From assembly GCA_026003895.1 (NCBI GenBank), contig BPIC01000007.1, positions 108,440 through 172,439 of the forward strand: a DNA stretch of 64,000 bases. Direction: 5' to 3'. This DNA comes from Dehalococcoidia bacterium. GTDB taxonomy: Bacteria; Chloroflexota; Dehalococcoidia; SpSt-223. The notes beneath the pieces were generated by a model. It saw only the letters and a program-made list of their open reading frames with translations, was not told where the DNA came from and did not search any database. Shown here in pieces: positions 40,908 through 50,785 of the stretch (its first letter is position 1; every line of letters starts with the position of its first letter). A program made the translations under genes and the position numbers.

Positions 40908-41624
40908 TCAGCCGGCGCTGTCGAAGCGGGGTGTCAGGGTGAGCAGCCACGAGAGATCCGTCCCCGGTTCGTATTCGACGGGGTCAAAACCGCGGCGGAA
41001 GAGCTTCGCGCCGGCTACTCCTTCGAGATGCAGTGTGTCGCCGCGGCGGCGGAGCCAACTCCCCTCTCGCAGCCCGAGCACCGCGACATCGTTTTCCTCC
41101 AAGAACTCGGCAATTCGGGTATCACGCGTTTCCCCGCCCGGAGACGTCGACCCCTCGACGTAGTGGGGGTTGATCTGGAAGGGAAGCAGCCCGAAGGCTT
41201 CGAACGATGCCGGCTGAACAATTGGCATGTCGTTCGTCGTCCGGAGGCTCGGGCAGGCAACATTCGAGCCGGCGCTCGCGCCGATGTAGCGGAGTTCGCC
41301 CGCGGTGACACGTTGGCGGACAATCTCGACCAGATCGAGCGTTTGGAGCGCCTTGAGGAGTCGGAAGGTATTGCCGCCTCCCACGAAGAGTGCCTGCGCT
41401 TGGGCAAGCGCTGCGCGCGGATCGGACACTGCGTGGAGGCCGACGACCGTCACGCCGGGCGGGGCAAACCCCTCTTGCACCCGTGCCGTGTACTGATCGT
41501 GGTGCGCGAGCGCCCACGGCGCGAAATGAAGCGTTGTCGCGTCACCAAGGCTTGCCCGGATTTCGGCGAGCACCCGCTCGCGATACGGCCGCATGTCGCC
41601 GCCCGAGAAGAGTAGCAGGTCCAT
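40908..41624 (-). CDS. pepE: dipeptidase E
   Basis: FVGGGNTFRLL, GASAGSN, TTNDMPI, QINPHY, GETR..RI.EF. Confidence 0.93.
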   Translation of the reverse strand: MDLLLFSGGDMRPYRERVLAEIRASLGDATTLHFAPWALAHHDQYTARVQEGFAPPGVTVVGLHAVSDPRAALAQAQALFVGGGNTFRLLKALQTLDLVEIVRQRVTAGELRYIGASAGSNVACPSLRTTNDMPIVQPASFEAFGLLPFQINPHYVEGSTSPGGETRDTRIAEFLEENDVAVLGLREGSWLRRRGDTLHLEGVAGAKLFRRGFDPVEYEPGTDLSWLLTLTPRFDSAG

Positions 41625-41767
41625 TGTCCTCTCCAACGAAGCTCTCTACAATCAGCCACCAGATGTTGGGGCTGGCTGTGCCGGTCTGTGCATCATCTTG
41701 AAGTGATTTTCTCGCGGCCGGGCAGCCTGCGATACTGCGCGGCAGCGTCGATCCTTTGGGGGTGCCG

Positions 41768-44700
41768 GTGGCCGAGTTTGCGCATTTGCATGTCCACACT
41801 GAGTTTTCGATGCTCGACGGGCTTTGTCGGATTCCAATCCTGATGGACCGCACCCGTGAGCTCGGGATGCAGGCGATTGCGCTGACCGACCACGGCGGCC
41901 TCTATGGCGCGGTGCAGTTTTACACCGAGGCGACGGCGCGCGGCATCAAACCGATCATCGGTGTTGAGGGGTATGTCGCTCCCAACCGCCACACTGATCG
42001 GACCAGCGCCGACAAGAATCCCTTCCACCTTGTTCTGCTCGCGAAGGATCTGACGGGCTATCGCAACCTGCTGGCGCTTACGACTGCCGCTTGGGTCGAC
42101 GGGTTTTACTACAAACCGCGCATGGACCGTGAATTGCTCCAGCGATATCACGAAGGCCTGATCTGCCTTTCGGCGTGTCCCAGCGGCGAAGTGCTCCGTG
42201 CCCTCCACGAAGGGCGGCGTGACGATGCAATTGCCGCGATCGGCTGGTACCGAGAGGTATTCGGCGACGACTACTTCCTCGAAGTGCAGCGTCACGACAT
42301 GCCAGAGTTCGCCCGCGCTTACGCTGAGCTCGTCGATCTGGGCCGGTCGCTCGGCGTGCCGCTGGTCGCCACCAACGACCTTCACTACGTTCACGCCGAG
42401 GACCATGAGGCGCAGGATCACCTCATCTGCATCCAGACGAATGCCCAAATCTCCGATGAAAAGCGGATGCGAATGGATGCCCAGTCGTTCTACCTGAAGT
42501 CACCGGCGGAGATGGCGGCAGCGTTCAGCGGCCTGGAAGAAGCGCTGCGGAACACGCTCGTGATCGCCGAGCGCTGCAATCTTCGACTGGATTTCGATCG
42601 GGTGAAACTGCCGGAGGTCGAGCGACCGGACGGCATGAGCGCCGACGAGTATCTTGCCAAGCTTTGTTGGGAACGGCTGCCACAGCGTTACGGCGGCGAG
42701 CTGCCGGCGCGTGTCCGCGAGCGACTCCAAATGGAGTTGGACGTCATCCGCGCCACGCAATTTGCCAACTATTTCCTCGTGGTCGACGACATCCTCACCT
42801 TTGCTCGCCAGCGCGGCATTCTCTACGGAGTCCGCGGCAGTGCGGCGGCGAGCATCGTTCTCTACGCCCTTGGCATCACCAGCATCGATCCGGTCGAGAA
42901 GGGGCTGGTGTTCGAGCGCTTCCTGAACATCGAGCGCAAAGAGATGCCCGACATCGACATGGACTTCCAAGACGATCGCCGGGGCGAGGTGATCGACTAC
43001 GTGGTGCAGAAATACGGACGCGATCGAGTTGCCCAAATCATTACGTTCGGAACACTCGGTGCGAAAGCGGCGATCCGTGATGTTGGCCGCGCCAAGGGTT
43101 TGCCGTATGGATTCGTCGATCGCGTTGCGAAGTTGATCCCGCAGCAACTGCACATGACAATCGACCGGGCGATCGCGGAGAACCCTGAACTGAAGTCGCT
43201 CATCGACCAAGACCCGGCGGTGCGCGACCTCGTCGGGATGGCCAAACAGCTCGAAGGGATAACACGCCATGCCAGCACGCATGCCGCCGGGGTCGTCATC
43301 TCCGACGAGCCGTTGATCCGCAACGTCCCCTTGCAGCGACCGGCGAAGGGCGATGAATCGTCAATCTTGATGACCCAGTTTGACATGGGCTCGGTTGCGA
43401 AGATCGGCCTTCTCAAGCTCGATTTTCTCGGCTTGATCAACCTGAACGTGCTGGCGAAGTGCCGGGCGCTCATCGAGCAGACCACTGGCCAGCCGTTCGA
43501 CCTTGCCGCGATTCCGCACGACGATCGGAAGACGTTTGACCTGCTCTCCTCGGGCGAGACGGGCAACGTCTTCCAACTGGAGTCGCAGGGGATGCGGCGC
43601 TACATCAAAGAACTCAAGCCACAGAGCATCGCCGAAATCACCGCGATGGTGGCGCTCTATCGTCCGGGGCCGATGGCGCACATCCCACGCTACATCGACG
43701 CCAAGCACGGACGAGTCCCAGTCACCTATCTCCATCCGGTGCTCGAGCCGATCCTCAAGGAGACGTACGGCGTCATTGTCTACCAAGACCAAGTGCTGCA
43801 TATCGTGCAGGCGGTCGCCGGGTTTTCGCTCGGCAAGGCAGATATCTTCCGCAAGGCGATGGGGAAGAAGATTCCTGAGGTGATGCGCGCCCAGCGCGAA
43901 GAGTTCAAGCAAGGAGCGCTCGCCAACGGCTACACGGCCGAGTTGGCCGACCAGATCTTCGACCTGATTGAGCCGTTCGCCGGCTACGCTTTCAACAAGG
44001 CTCACTCGGCGTGCTATGCCGAGCTTGCCTACCAAACGGCGTACTTGAAGGCGAACTACCCAGCCCAATATCTCGCCGCTGTGCTCTCTGCCCACCTCGA
44101 CGTCACCGACAAGATTGCCAGCACGGTCGCGGAAAGCAAGCGGCTCGGCTTGGATGTCTTGCCCCCGGATGTCAACCGGAGCGATGTCGCCTTCACCATC
44201 GAAGGTGAGCGCGCGATTCGCTTTGGTCTGGGTGCGATCAAGAACGTCGGCGTGGGCGCGGCGCAAGCGATTGTTGCGGCCCGTGGCGACACACCGTTCG
44301 CCTCGATCGACGACTTTTGCCGGCGGGTCGATCCGAAGGCGGTGAACAAGCGGGCACTGGAATCGCTGATCAAAGCGGGTGCCTGCGATTCGCTCGGCGA
44401 TCGGGGCGGTCTGCTGGCAGGGCTGGATCGCATCCTTGCCTTCGCCCAACGGCAACAGAAGCTCCGCGAGGCAGGTCAGGCGACGATGTTCGATCTTTTT
44501 GGCGCCGAAGTGCCGGTGCCTCAGCCGGGGATCGAGCTTCCGATCGCGCCGGTGTCCGGACGCGAGAAACTGCAGTGGGAGAAGGAACTCCTCGGCGTGT
44601 ATCTCTCGGAGCATCCGTTCACCGCCGTTCTTGCTGATCGATCGCTGGACGCGGTGTACTGCGGCTCAATTACCGAAGAGCACGTCGGACAAACGCTGTT

Positions 44701-45274
44701 CGTCGCCGGGATGGTCGCCGCGGTGCGAACCATGTTCACAAAGGACCGCCGCCCTTTCTGCACCGCCGTGCTCGAAGATCTCGTTGGCTCGATCGAGGTG
44801 ACTGTCTGGGCGGACGTTTACGAGCGAACGAAGGAACTTTGGGTGGAGGGCGCCATCGTTACCGTCCGCGGGCGGGTCCGGCACCGGGAGGACCGGCTGT
44901 CGCTCGTCGTCGACACCGCAGCGCTTTATCAGCCCGGCGCAGCGCAGGAGGCGGCGGAGCTGGCGCCAAAACGCACCCGCGTCCGCATTGAGTTCCGCGA
45001 GCGGGGCAATCCGGACGAAGACGTTCGGCGTTTCGACTCGCTGATCTCGCTCTTGCAGCGGAACGAGGGCGACGACCCCGTGCAGGTGGTCGTCTCCGCC
45101 CGGAGCTCGAAGGTGGTCCTGCAACTGCCGACCATCCGGGGTGTGACGATCTCGCCCGATTTGCGTGCCAGCCTCGACGACCTCGTTGGCCCCGGAGCGG
45201 TTAGCCTTACCCCATTCGAGCTGGTACCGCTCGACCCCGACACTTCCGGCCGGAAGTTGCGTAAAGCCGGCTAG
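41768..45274 (+). CDS. dnaE: DNA polymerase III alpha subunit
   Basis: PHP motifs HLHVHTEFSMLDG and TNDLHY; RGSAA, FERFLN.ER..MPDID.DF, YAFNKAHS; no intein. Confidence 0.98.
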   Translation: MAEFAHLHVHTEFSMLDGLCRIPILMDRTRELGMQAIALTDHGGLYGAVQFYTEATARGIKPIIGVEGYVAPNRHTDRTSADKNPFHLVLLAKDLTGYRNLLALTTAAWVDGFYYKPRMDRELLQRYHEGLICLSACPSGEVLRALHEGRRDDAIAAIGWYREVFGDDYFLEVQRHDMPEFARAYAELVDLGRSLGVPLVATNDLHYVHAEDHEAQDHLICIQTNAQISDEKRMRMDAQSFYLKSPAEMAAAFSGLEEALRNTLVIAERCNLRLDFDRVKLPEVERPDGMSADEYLAKLCWERLPQRYGGELPARVRERLQMELDVIRATQFANYFLVVDDILTFARQRGILYGVRGSAAASIVLYALGITSIDPVEKGLVFERFLNIERKEMPDIDMDFQDDRRGEVIDYVVQKYGRDRVAQIITFGTLGAKAAIRDVGRAKGLPYGFVDRVAKLIPQQLHMTIDRAIAENPELKSLIDQDPAVRDLVGMAKQLEGITRHASTHAAGVVISDEPLIRNVPLQRPAKGDESSILMTQFDMGSVAKIGLLKLDFLGLINLNVLAKCRALIEQTTGQPFDLAAIPHDDRKTFDLLSSGETGNVFQLESQGMRRYIKELKPQSIAEITAMVALYRPGPMAHIPRYIDAKHGRVPVTYLHPVLEPILKETYGVIVYQDQVLHIVQAVAGFSLGKADIFRKAMGKKIPEVMRAQREEFKQGALANGYTAELADQIFDLIEPFAGYAFNKAHSACYAELAYQTAYLKANYPAQYLAAVLSAHLDVTDKIASTVAESKRLGLDVLPPDVNRSDVAFTIEGERAIRFGLGAIKNVGVGAAQAIVAARGDTPFASIDDFCRRVDPKAVNKRALESLIKAGACDSLGDRGGLLAGLDRILAFAQRQQKLREAGQATMFDLFGAEVPVPQPGIELPIAPVSGREKLQWEKELLGVYLSEHPFTAVLADRSLDAVYCGSITEEHVGQTLFVAGMVAAVRTMFTKDRRPFCTAVLEDLVGSIEVTVWADVYERTKELWVEGAIVTVRGRVRHREDRLSLVVDTAALYQPGAAQEAAELAPKRTRVRIEFRERGNPDEDVRRFDSLISLLQRNEGDDPVQVVVSARSSKVVLQLPTIRGVTISPDLRASLDDLVGPGAVSLTPFELVPLDPDTSGRKLRKAG

Positions 45275-45649
45275 CCTGCGGGACCGCGCCTGACTCGCAC
45301 CGGCCTTGCTGGTGTTTGGGGTAGCGGGAAGCAGGGTGGTCGCCTAGATAGTTCGCGCACGGCTCGCTTCGCTGCATCAGTCGATTGGCCCGTCGGTGGC
45401 GTCGAAGCAGCCGGCGGACGTGATTGCCGCGTCGTCACTCCACGAGACAGCGTTGTTTCGATCGGCTATCGACTGGGGTGGGCCTGCAGAGGTTCGGGCC
45501 TGCCCCCGGTGGCGTTGCTCCCGGGCTGACCTGCCCTTCATCCTCGTTGTTTCGGGATCGCTGCTGTTTCTCACCACAGCGAGCGGTTTGCCCCGCGCCG
45601 ATGCTCGGGCTCGTTGCCCGGCACATTGTCGATTGGCCGGGCTCGACCG

Positions 45650-47035
45650 CTAGCGCCCGGCTGCCCGGGAGCTTGGACCCATCAGCGTTAGGAGGGCGCC
45701 GAGCACACCGGCGAGGACGATCCAAAGGGTCATCAGCAACGTGTCGTCCGCTCTGGGCGCGACGAAGCTTGGCAGGTAGGGCACGAGGTTCGGTAGGCCG
45801 AGCTCGGCGAGGCGAAGCCAAAGGTGGCCCTGCCCGGTTGGGTGGTTGTACATCGTCTCTGGCCAAACGATGAACAATGCACCGACTGCCAGCGAGGGGA
45901 GTGCGAGGACCGCAACGATCACGCGCTGCCACCAGCGTTCCGGACGCGCGGCGGCAAGCGGGAGCGCGGCTAACGGAACGAGCGGCGTCAAATAGCGCGC
46001 GGGAGGTCCCCATTCGCCCCACCAGTGGCGGTAGGCGGCGATCAGCAAGAAGTACGGCAGCGTGACGAGCAGGAGGCCGAGTGCGTCCCGCCGGCGGGAG
46101 ACCACGAGTGGAGGTAGCCCAGCGGCGACCAACAGAAAGATCGGTCCGTAGATCAGCAGCCCCCACTGCTGGTCCAGCAGCAGCCCCGCCACGCCAAAGC
46201 CGATCTGCTCGATGCCGCCGAAGCCGGCGTGGTCACCGCTGTTTGGCAAGGGTGAGCCAAATGCCCAAAGGTCGTAGAGCACGAAGCCAACGGCCGAGAA
46301 GGTCGCCGGAACAAGAAGCCTCGCCACCTCGCGAGCCGTTCGCCTCCGACCGATCGTGAACCAGAGCGCGAGCGCCAGCGACAGCAACAGAAATCGTGGT
46401 TGGAGCCACGGCAGCAGGCCGATTGCCGCACCGGCAAGAAAAGTCTGGCCTGCGCCGTTGGTGAGTCGTGCCCGCCGAAACGCGTAGACAGTCAGCAGAG
46501 CGGCGGGCAGCTCCGGGAAGATGAGGAAACTATAGGAGAGGAGCGGACTCGTCATGGCCAGCACGATGGCTACCACGGCGCTCCAGCGTGTTCCGCCGCC
46601 AGCCTCTCGTGCCAGCAAGAACACGTTCAGCGCCACGAGGCCACCTACTCCGCCCAGCGCGAGGGCCACTGCGAACCGGCCCGCGCCATAGGCGCCTCCA
46701 CCGAGGAGGTCCCCGGCGAGATAGAGCGGGGCAATCAACACGGACAGGCCAGGATAGTGCTTCGAGACGTGGCCGCGCGGCGAGGTCGCTTGGTGGCCGA
46801 GGAGCGGCTCTGGATAGAACTCGGAGTAGAGCTGGTCGATCGAACGTGCCCGGGTCAACTCCAGCGATCCGTAGCGCAGCAAGGAGAGCGCCATCTCGAG
46901 GTAATACGGCTCGTCGCCGGTGGGAGCCGGGACAGGCGTCGCGAGTGGCCGAAGGGCGTCGAGACGGTGAGGAAGCACTGCCCAGTACAGCCCGGTCACC
47001 CCCACGGCGATCAGCAGCGGCAGCAGCCAGCGCAC
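45650..47035 (-). CDS. polytopic membrane protein, GT-C-like
   Basis: TGDEPYY loop after the first TM, SKHYPGLS, FPELPAA, GLLLDQQWGLL..GP, PARYL. Confidence 0.65.
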   Translation of the reverse strand: MRWLLPLLIAVGVTGLYWAVLPHRLDALRPLATPVPAPTGDEPYYLEMALSLLRYGSLELTRARSIDQLYSEFYPEPLLGHQATSPRGHVSKHYPGLSVLIAPLYLAGDLLGGGAYGAGRFAVALALGGVGGLVALNVFLLAREAGGGTRWSAVVAIVLAMTSPLLSYSFLIFPELPAALLTVYAFRRARLTNGAGQTFLAGAAIGLLPWLQPRFLLLSLALALWFTIGRRRTAREVARLLVPATFSAVGFVLYDLWAFGSPLPNSGDHAGFGGIEQIGFGVAGLLLDQQWGLLIYGPIFLLVAAGLPPLVVSRRRDALGLLLVTLPYFLLIAAYRHWWGEWGPPARYLTPLVPLAALPLAAARPERWWQRVIVAVLALPSLAVGALFIVWPETMYNHPTGQGHLWLRLAELGLPNLVPYLPSFVAPRADDTLLMTLWIVLAGVLGALLTLMGPSSRAAGR

Positions 47036-47112
47036 GGCGCCGGAGGCCGTCCCCGCCGGAACGCGAGCGGGGCTGCGGCGCCGCCCGGCAGCGCGAATCG
47101 GGGAGCGGGATC

Positions 47113-48330
47113 TCACGCTTCGGGCAGCCCTTTGACACGTCCGGCGGCGCGCTGGGCCGCAAACTCGTCTTGCATCTGCCGGAACAGCTCGCGGTTCGTC
47201 AGCAGGTCGATCGTCGTCATTGCCAGCGCTGCCGCGCCGTCCAGCGCGGCCTGATCGCCCTCGGGCGAGCAAGCGGCCTCGCGAAAGGCAACCGAATGCC
47301 CGCTGATCCCTTCCCTAGCGATGCTCAGGTAGGCGTGAATCGCCGGGATCGCTTGACTGACGTTGCCCATGTCGGTCGATCCCATGCGTTCGTGGCCGGT
47401 GGTCGGTGTCACGGTGCGGCCAAGCGCGTTCAAGTTCGCCGCAAATGCCCGGGCGATCGCCTGATTCGGCACCATGTTCTCGTAGCCAGGGGCGACCGTG
47501 AATTCAAGCTCGGTCTCGGTGGCCAGCGCCGCTCCCTCCGCTATTCGCCGGAAGCGGTCGCGCAGTGCCTCGGCGTACTGCCGCTCGGTGGCGCGGACGG
47601 AGAACCGGGCCACGGCCCGACCCGGCACCATCGTCGGGGTGACGCCTCCCTCGACGATGATCCCGTGGAGACGGGCAGTAGGTAGCATCGTCGCGCGAAG
47701 GGCGTTTGCGCCGGCGAAGAGTTGGATCATGGCATCGAGGGCGCTGATTCCGCTCCCGGGCGGCGCGTCGGCGTGAACGGCGCGCCCATGAAACGTCACT
47801 TCCACCCGAAGCGAGGCGAGTGACCCGCGGTCGACGAGATTGCGCGTCGCGGGGTGGATCATCATCGCGGCGTCGAGCCCGTGGAAGACGCCGCGCTCGA
47901 GCAGGATCACTTTTCCGCCACCGCCCTCTTCCGCCGGTGTGCCGATCACCACAACCCGGCCCGGGAGACGGTGGCCAAGCGCAGCGAGCGCCAGTCCTGC
48001 ACCGGCGGCTGCGGCGGCAATGATATTGTGGCCGCAGCCGTGGCCGAGCTCGGGAAGGGCATCGTACTCGGCGCAGATGCCGATCGCCGGTCCGCTGCTG
48101 CCGAATTCCGCGCGGAAGGCCGTCGCCAAGCCCCCGACGCCCCGCTCGACAGCAAAGCCCGCCGCGGCGAGCAAGTCCGCGAGCCGGGCCGCGGCCCGGG
48201 TCTCCTGAAATGCGATTTCCGGGTCACTGTGAATCGCCCGGCTCAACGCGATCAGGTCGTGGCGGCGATCGTTCAGCGCGGCGAGAGCCGCCTGCTTGAG
48301 TGCGGCGGCAGTCGAGGTGAGGAGATCCAT
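47113..48330 (-). CDS. M20-family amidohydrolase
   Basis: PEIAFQE, AEYDAL, HGCGHN, GTPAEEGGGGK, GSTDMGNVS. Confidence 0.93.
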   Translation of the reverse strand: MDLLTSTAAALKQAALAALNDRRHDLIALSRAIHSDPEIAFQETRAAARLADLLAAAGFAVERGVGGLATAFRAEFGSSGPAIGICAEYDALPELGHGCGHNIIAAAAAGAGLALAALGHRLPGRVVVIGTPAEEGGGGKVILLERGVFHGLDAAMMIHPATRNLVDRGSLASLRVEVTFHGRAVHADAPPGSGISALDAMIQLFAGANALRATMLPTARLHGIIVEGGVTPTMVPGRAVARFSVRATERQYAEALRDRFRRIAEGAALATETELEFTVAPGYENMVPNQAIARAFAANLNALGRTVTPTTGHERMGSTDMGNVSQAIPAIHAYLSIAREGISGHSVAFREAACSPEGDQAALDGAAALAMTTIDLLTNRELFRQMQDEFAAQRAAGRVKGLPEA

Positions 48331-48431
48331 GGCGCGATCATCGCACATTGCAGGGCTATTTGTGCCCGAGGGGTGCGATACAATCGGCAGTAGGAGCGGC
48401 GGGCTGCGCCGGCAGGCCTAAGGGCCGCGCT

Positions 48432-49493
48432 ATGGAGGGAAACGTGAACGAGCCCCGACGCCCTGATGAGGATCCGCATGGCGATCTTGGGTCCATGGAT
48501 CCTGCGCGGCAAGCGCCGTTCCCGGGCACTGAGCCGACCGTGATGCCCGAGAACCAGCCGGATGAGGCGCGCCCCGCTGACGCAGCAAAGGAAGAACGGC
48601 GTGGTCCGCTGTGGGACGAGCCGGCTCGCCTGAGTGACGACGAGCGCCGCGGGCCGCTCTGGGGGTCGCCCGGCGACGAGCGGACCGCCGAATCCGCGCT
48701 GGCTGAGGGTGAGCTCACCGCCTCCCCTGTGGAGTCGGTACCAGCTGAGGCGCCCGCTGAAGCGGCAGTCTCGCCGGGCCAAGACACGGGATCAGCTGAC
48801 CTGCCCACCCGGACGGACACTGACCTTGTTCAGCCTGTTGGCGAGGTCACGTCACCGGTGAGCGCCGCGCCCACCGACTCGGCCAGCACGCCTGACGCCG
48901 GAGGAGCTGCCAGTGAATTGCCGGCGCCACGCGACGTTGGCGGTCTCGCTGACCATGCCGATCAGCCGGAACTCGAGCAAGGGCACACCGAGGCGCCCAG
49001 CGCCAGTGCTTCAGACGAGACCGGGGTCGCCACGCCGCCCGGTGACACGATCCCGGAGCCCTTGCCGCGCTTCGAAGCGCCGCTCCAGTCTCCTGCTGGC
49101 GCCGCTCCTCCGGGGTCGGGCGAGAGTCCGCAAGCCCCCGGGGCCCCTGTCGACCAACCGGCTGTCGCGCCCGCTCCCGAGGCGAGCATCCCACGCTACA
49201 CACCCGAAATAGTCGGCGAGCGCAAAGACCCAAGCACCGCTTTCTTGCTCGAGCTGATCCCCGGGCTCTTCGGTTTCCTCGGCATCGGCTATCTCTATGC
49301 CGGCCGGACGAACGACGGTGTCATCCGGCTCGCCGCATTCCTGATTTACAACTTGTTGGCGTGGACGGCCATCGTCGTCCTTTCCATTGTCGTCGTTGGG
49401 CTTTGTCTCATCCCGGTCCAGCTTGCCATCCAGATTGGAGTCCCCATCTGGTCGGCGTTGCAGCTCCGCAAGGAGATGGAAACCACGGGCTAG
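48432..49493 (+). CDS. acidic Pro/Ala-rich low-complexity protein with C-terminal TM2-like membrane domain
   Basis: Long disordered region then KDPSTAFLLELIPGLFGFLGIGYLYAG and two hydrophobic helices; GTG 48444 is an alternative start. Confidence 0.7.
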   Translation: MEGNVNEPRRPDEDPHGDLGSMDPARQAPFPGTEPTVMPENQPDEARPADAAKEERRGPLWDEPARLSDDERRGPLWGSPGDERTAESALAEGELTASPVESVPAEAPAEAAVSPGQDTGSADLPTRTDTDLVQPVGEVTSPVSAAPTDSASTPDAGGAASELPAPRDVGGLADHADQPELEQGHTEAPSASASDETGVATPPGDTIPEPLPRFEAPLQSPAGAAPPGSGESPQAPGAPVDQPAVAPAPEASIPRYTPEIVGERKDPSTAFLLELIPGLFGFLGIGYLYAGRTNDGVIRLAAFLIYNLLAWTAIVVLSIVVVGLCLIPVQLAIQIGVPIWSALQLRKEMETTG

Positions 49494-50776
49494 TGTGCAG
49501 ATGCGCTGCCCCCAGCCGGACCGGGGTTGAGCTTCGGGAAAACCGGCAGGTCGCTTTCCCGAATTCCGATCCCTTCGGCGAGAGTTAGCGCTGCTGGCCA
49601 GAGCTGGTTGAACGCCTTTTCCGTGACCTGCTGGAACCCGTGCGCCAAGATAGAGGTATTGCGGGCGATAAGCGGAGAAGACTTGTCGGCATTAAGGTTC
49701 AGGTTGCCAAACGTTTCTGCGAGCGGGTCGTTGTATTCGGCGAGCAGCGCATAAAGGTCTTGCAGCGCGAGCTTGACCTCGCCGTTGTTCGTCCTCGTTA
49801 ACCACTTGTCCCGGAGCTTCGGCGGCAGGCGGTCCAACGGGACCTTGGCACTCGCCTCAAAGCCATACTCTCGGATCCTGAGTTGGCCGATGGCCTCAAT
49901 GACACGATAGAGGCGGGCAACCGCGTCGTCGTAGAGGTGCTCGTCCTTACGGCGCTTGGCATTGGCCAGCAGATCGACGATTAACTCCCTGCTTGGACGT
50001 CCCGCTCTGACAAGCTGGCCAACATAGTTTCGTAGCTCTTCGACTTGCTTGACGACAAGTTCGGCACGTTGGTCATCGAGTGCGGCGCGCAGATCGTTGG
50101 GTCTGACCTGATTGAGGTGATCGTTTGCGCGCTTGTGTTGGAATCGATCCAAGAAATACAGCGCGGCCGCCAACTCTTCAAGAGCCTCGAATTGCTGCTT
50201 CCGTGCCCGACCAGCTAAGCGAGTTTTCGTTTTCGCTGCGAGTTGCTGAGCGGCGACGAAGGCATGCTGGTCGAAAAGCAATCGGTACTCCTCGATGGCC
50301 TGATAGCCCAGAGCCTCCCATGGATTGGCTTGGTACAGAACTTGCTCCATACCGGACTTGACATCTCCGACCCCGGCTCTGTCTCGCTCCTTCCCCCCGA
50401 CGTAGGAGAAGGTACACGCCGGCCATCGGTGCGCAACGAGCGCAAGTGCCGCAGACATGCTTTTGGTGCCACCGGTGATGTCAACGACCACGCGATGCCG
50501 CGCACTTTTGTGTGTCCACGTCTCCACCGGGAGGCTGAGTTTGCGGATCCCTTCAACGCAGCCTCTGAAATCCTGCGAATCTTCCACCTGGAAGCATTCG
50601 TACCTCCCGGGCGAGAGTCCAGCGTCAGGGGCGATGGTGCTGTCAACGTCTCCGATGGTCTGGGGCGAGGCAACAAAGAAGACCTTTTCCGGTTGCCATT
50701 CTCGAATGCTATACACAATGGGAGCAGGTCTTCCGCCCACGGTGCATACGAGTAGGACGTAATCTGGCAGGCTCAC
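49490..50776 (-). CDS. CRISPR-associated CARF-HEPN effector (TIGR02710/Csm6-like)
   Basis: CTVGG..P and VDITGGTKSMS CARF motifs; YDDAVARLYR and RNTSILAHG HEPN motif; directly downstream of cmr6. Confidence 0.9.
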   Translation of the reverse strand: MSLPDYVLLVCTVGGRPAPIVYSIREWQPEKVFFVASPQTIGDVDSTIAPDAGLSPGRYECFQVEDSQDFRGCVEGIRKLSLPVETWTHKSARHRVVVDITGGTKSMSAALALVAHRWPACTFSYVGGKERDRAGVGDVKSGMEQVLYQANPWEALGYQAIEEYRLLFDQHAFVAAQQLAAKTKTRLAGRARKQQFEALEELAAALYFLDRFQHKRANDHLNQVRPNDLRAALDDQRAELVVKQVEELRNYVGQLVRAGRPSRELIVDLLANAKRRKDEHLYDDAVARLYRVIEAIGQLRIREYGFEASAKVPLDRLPPKLRDKWLTRTNNGEVKLALQDLYALLAEYNDPLAETFGNLNLNADKSSPLIARNTSILAHGFQQVTEKAFNQLWPAALTLAEGIGIRESDLPVFPKLNPGPAGGSASAH

Positions 50777-50785
50777 CGATCCTCC

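Noticed and set aside
4625-45274. Inteins in NrdJ or DnaE
   Set aside because: Both have normal length and uninterrupted catalytic motifs.
45451-45562. CGTTGTTTCG direct repeat at 45451 and 45545 as a degenerate CRISPR
   Set aside because: Only two 10-bp copies, far from the cas genes; compatible with chance.
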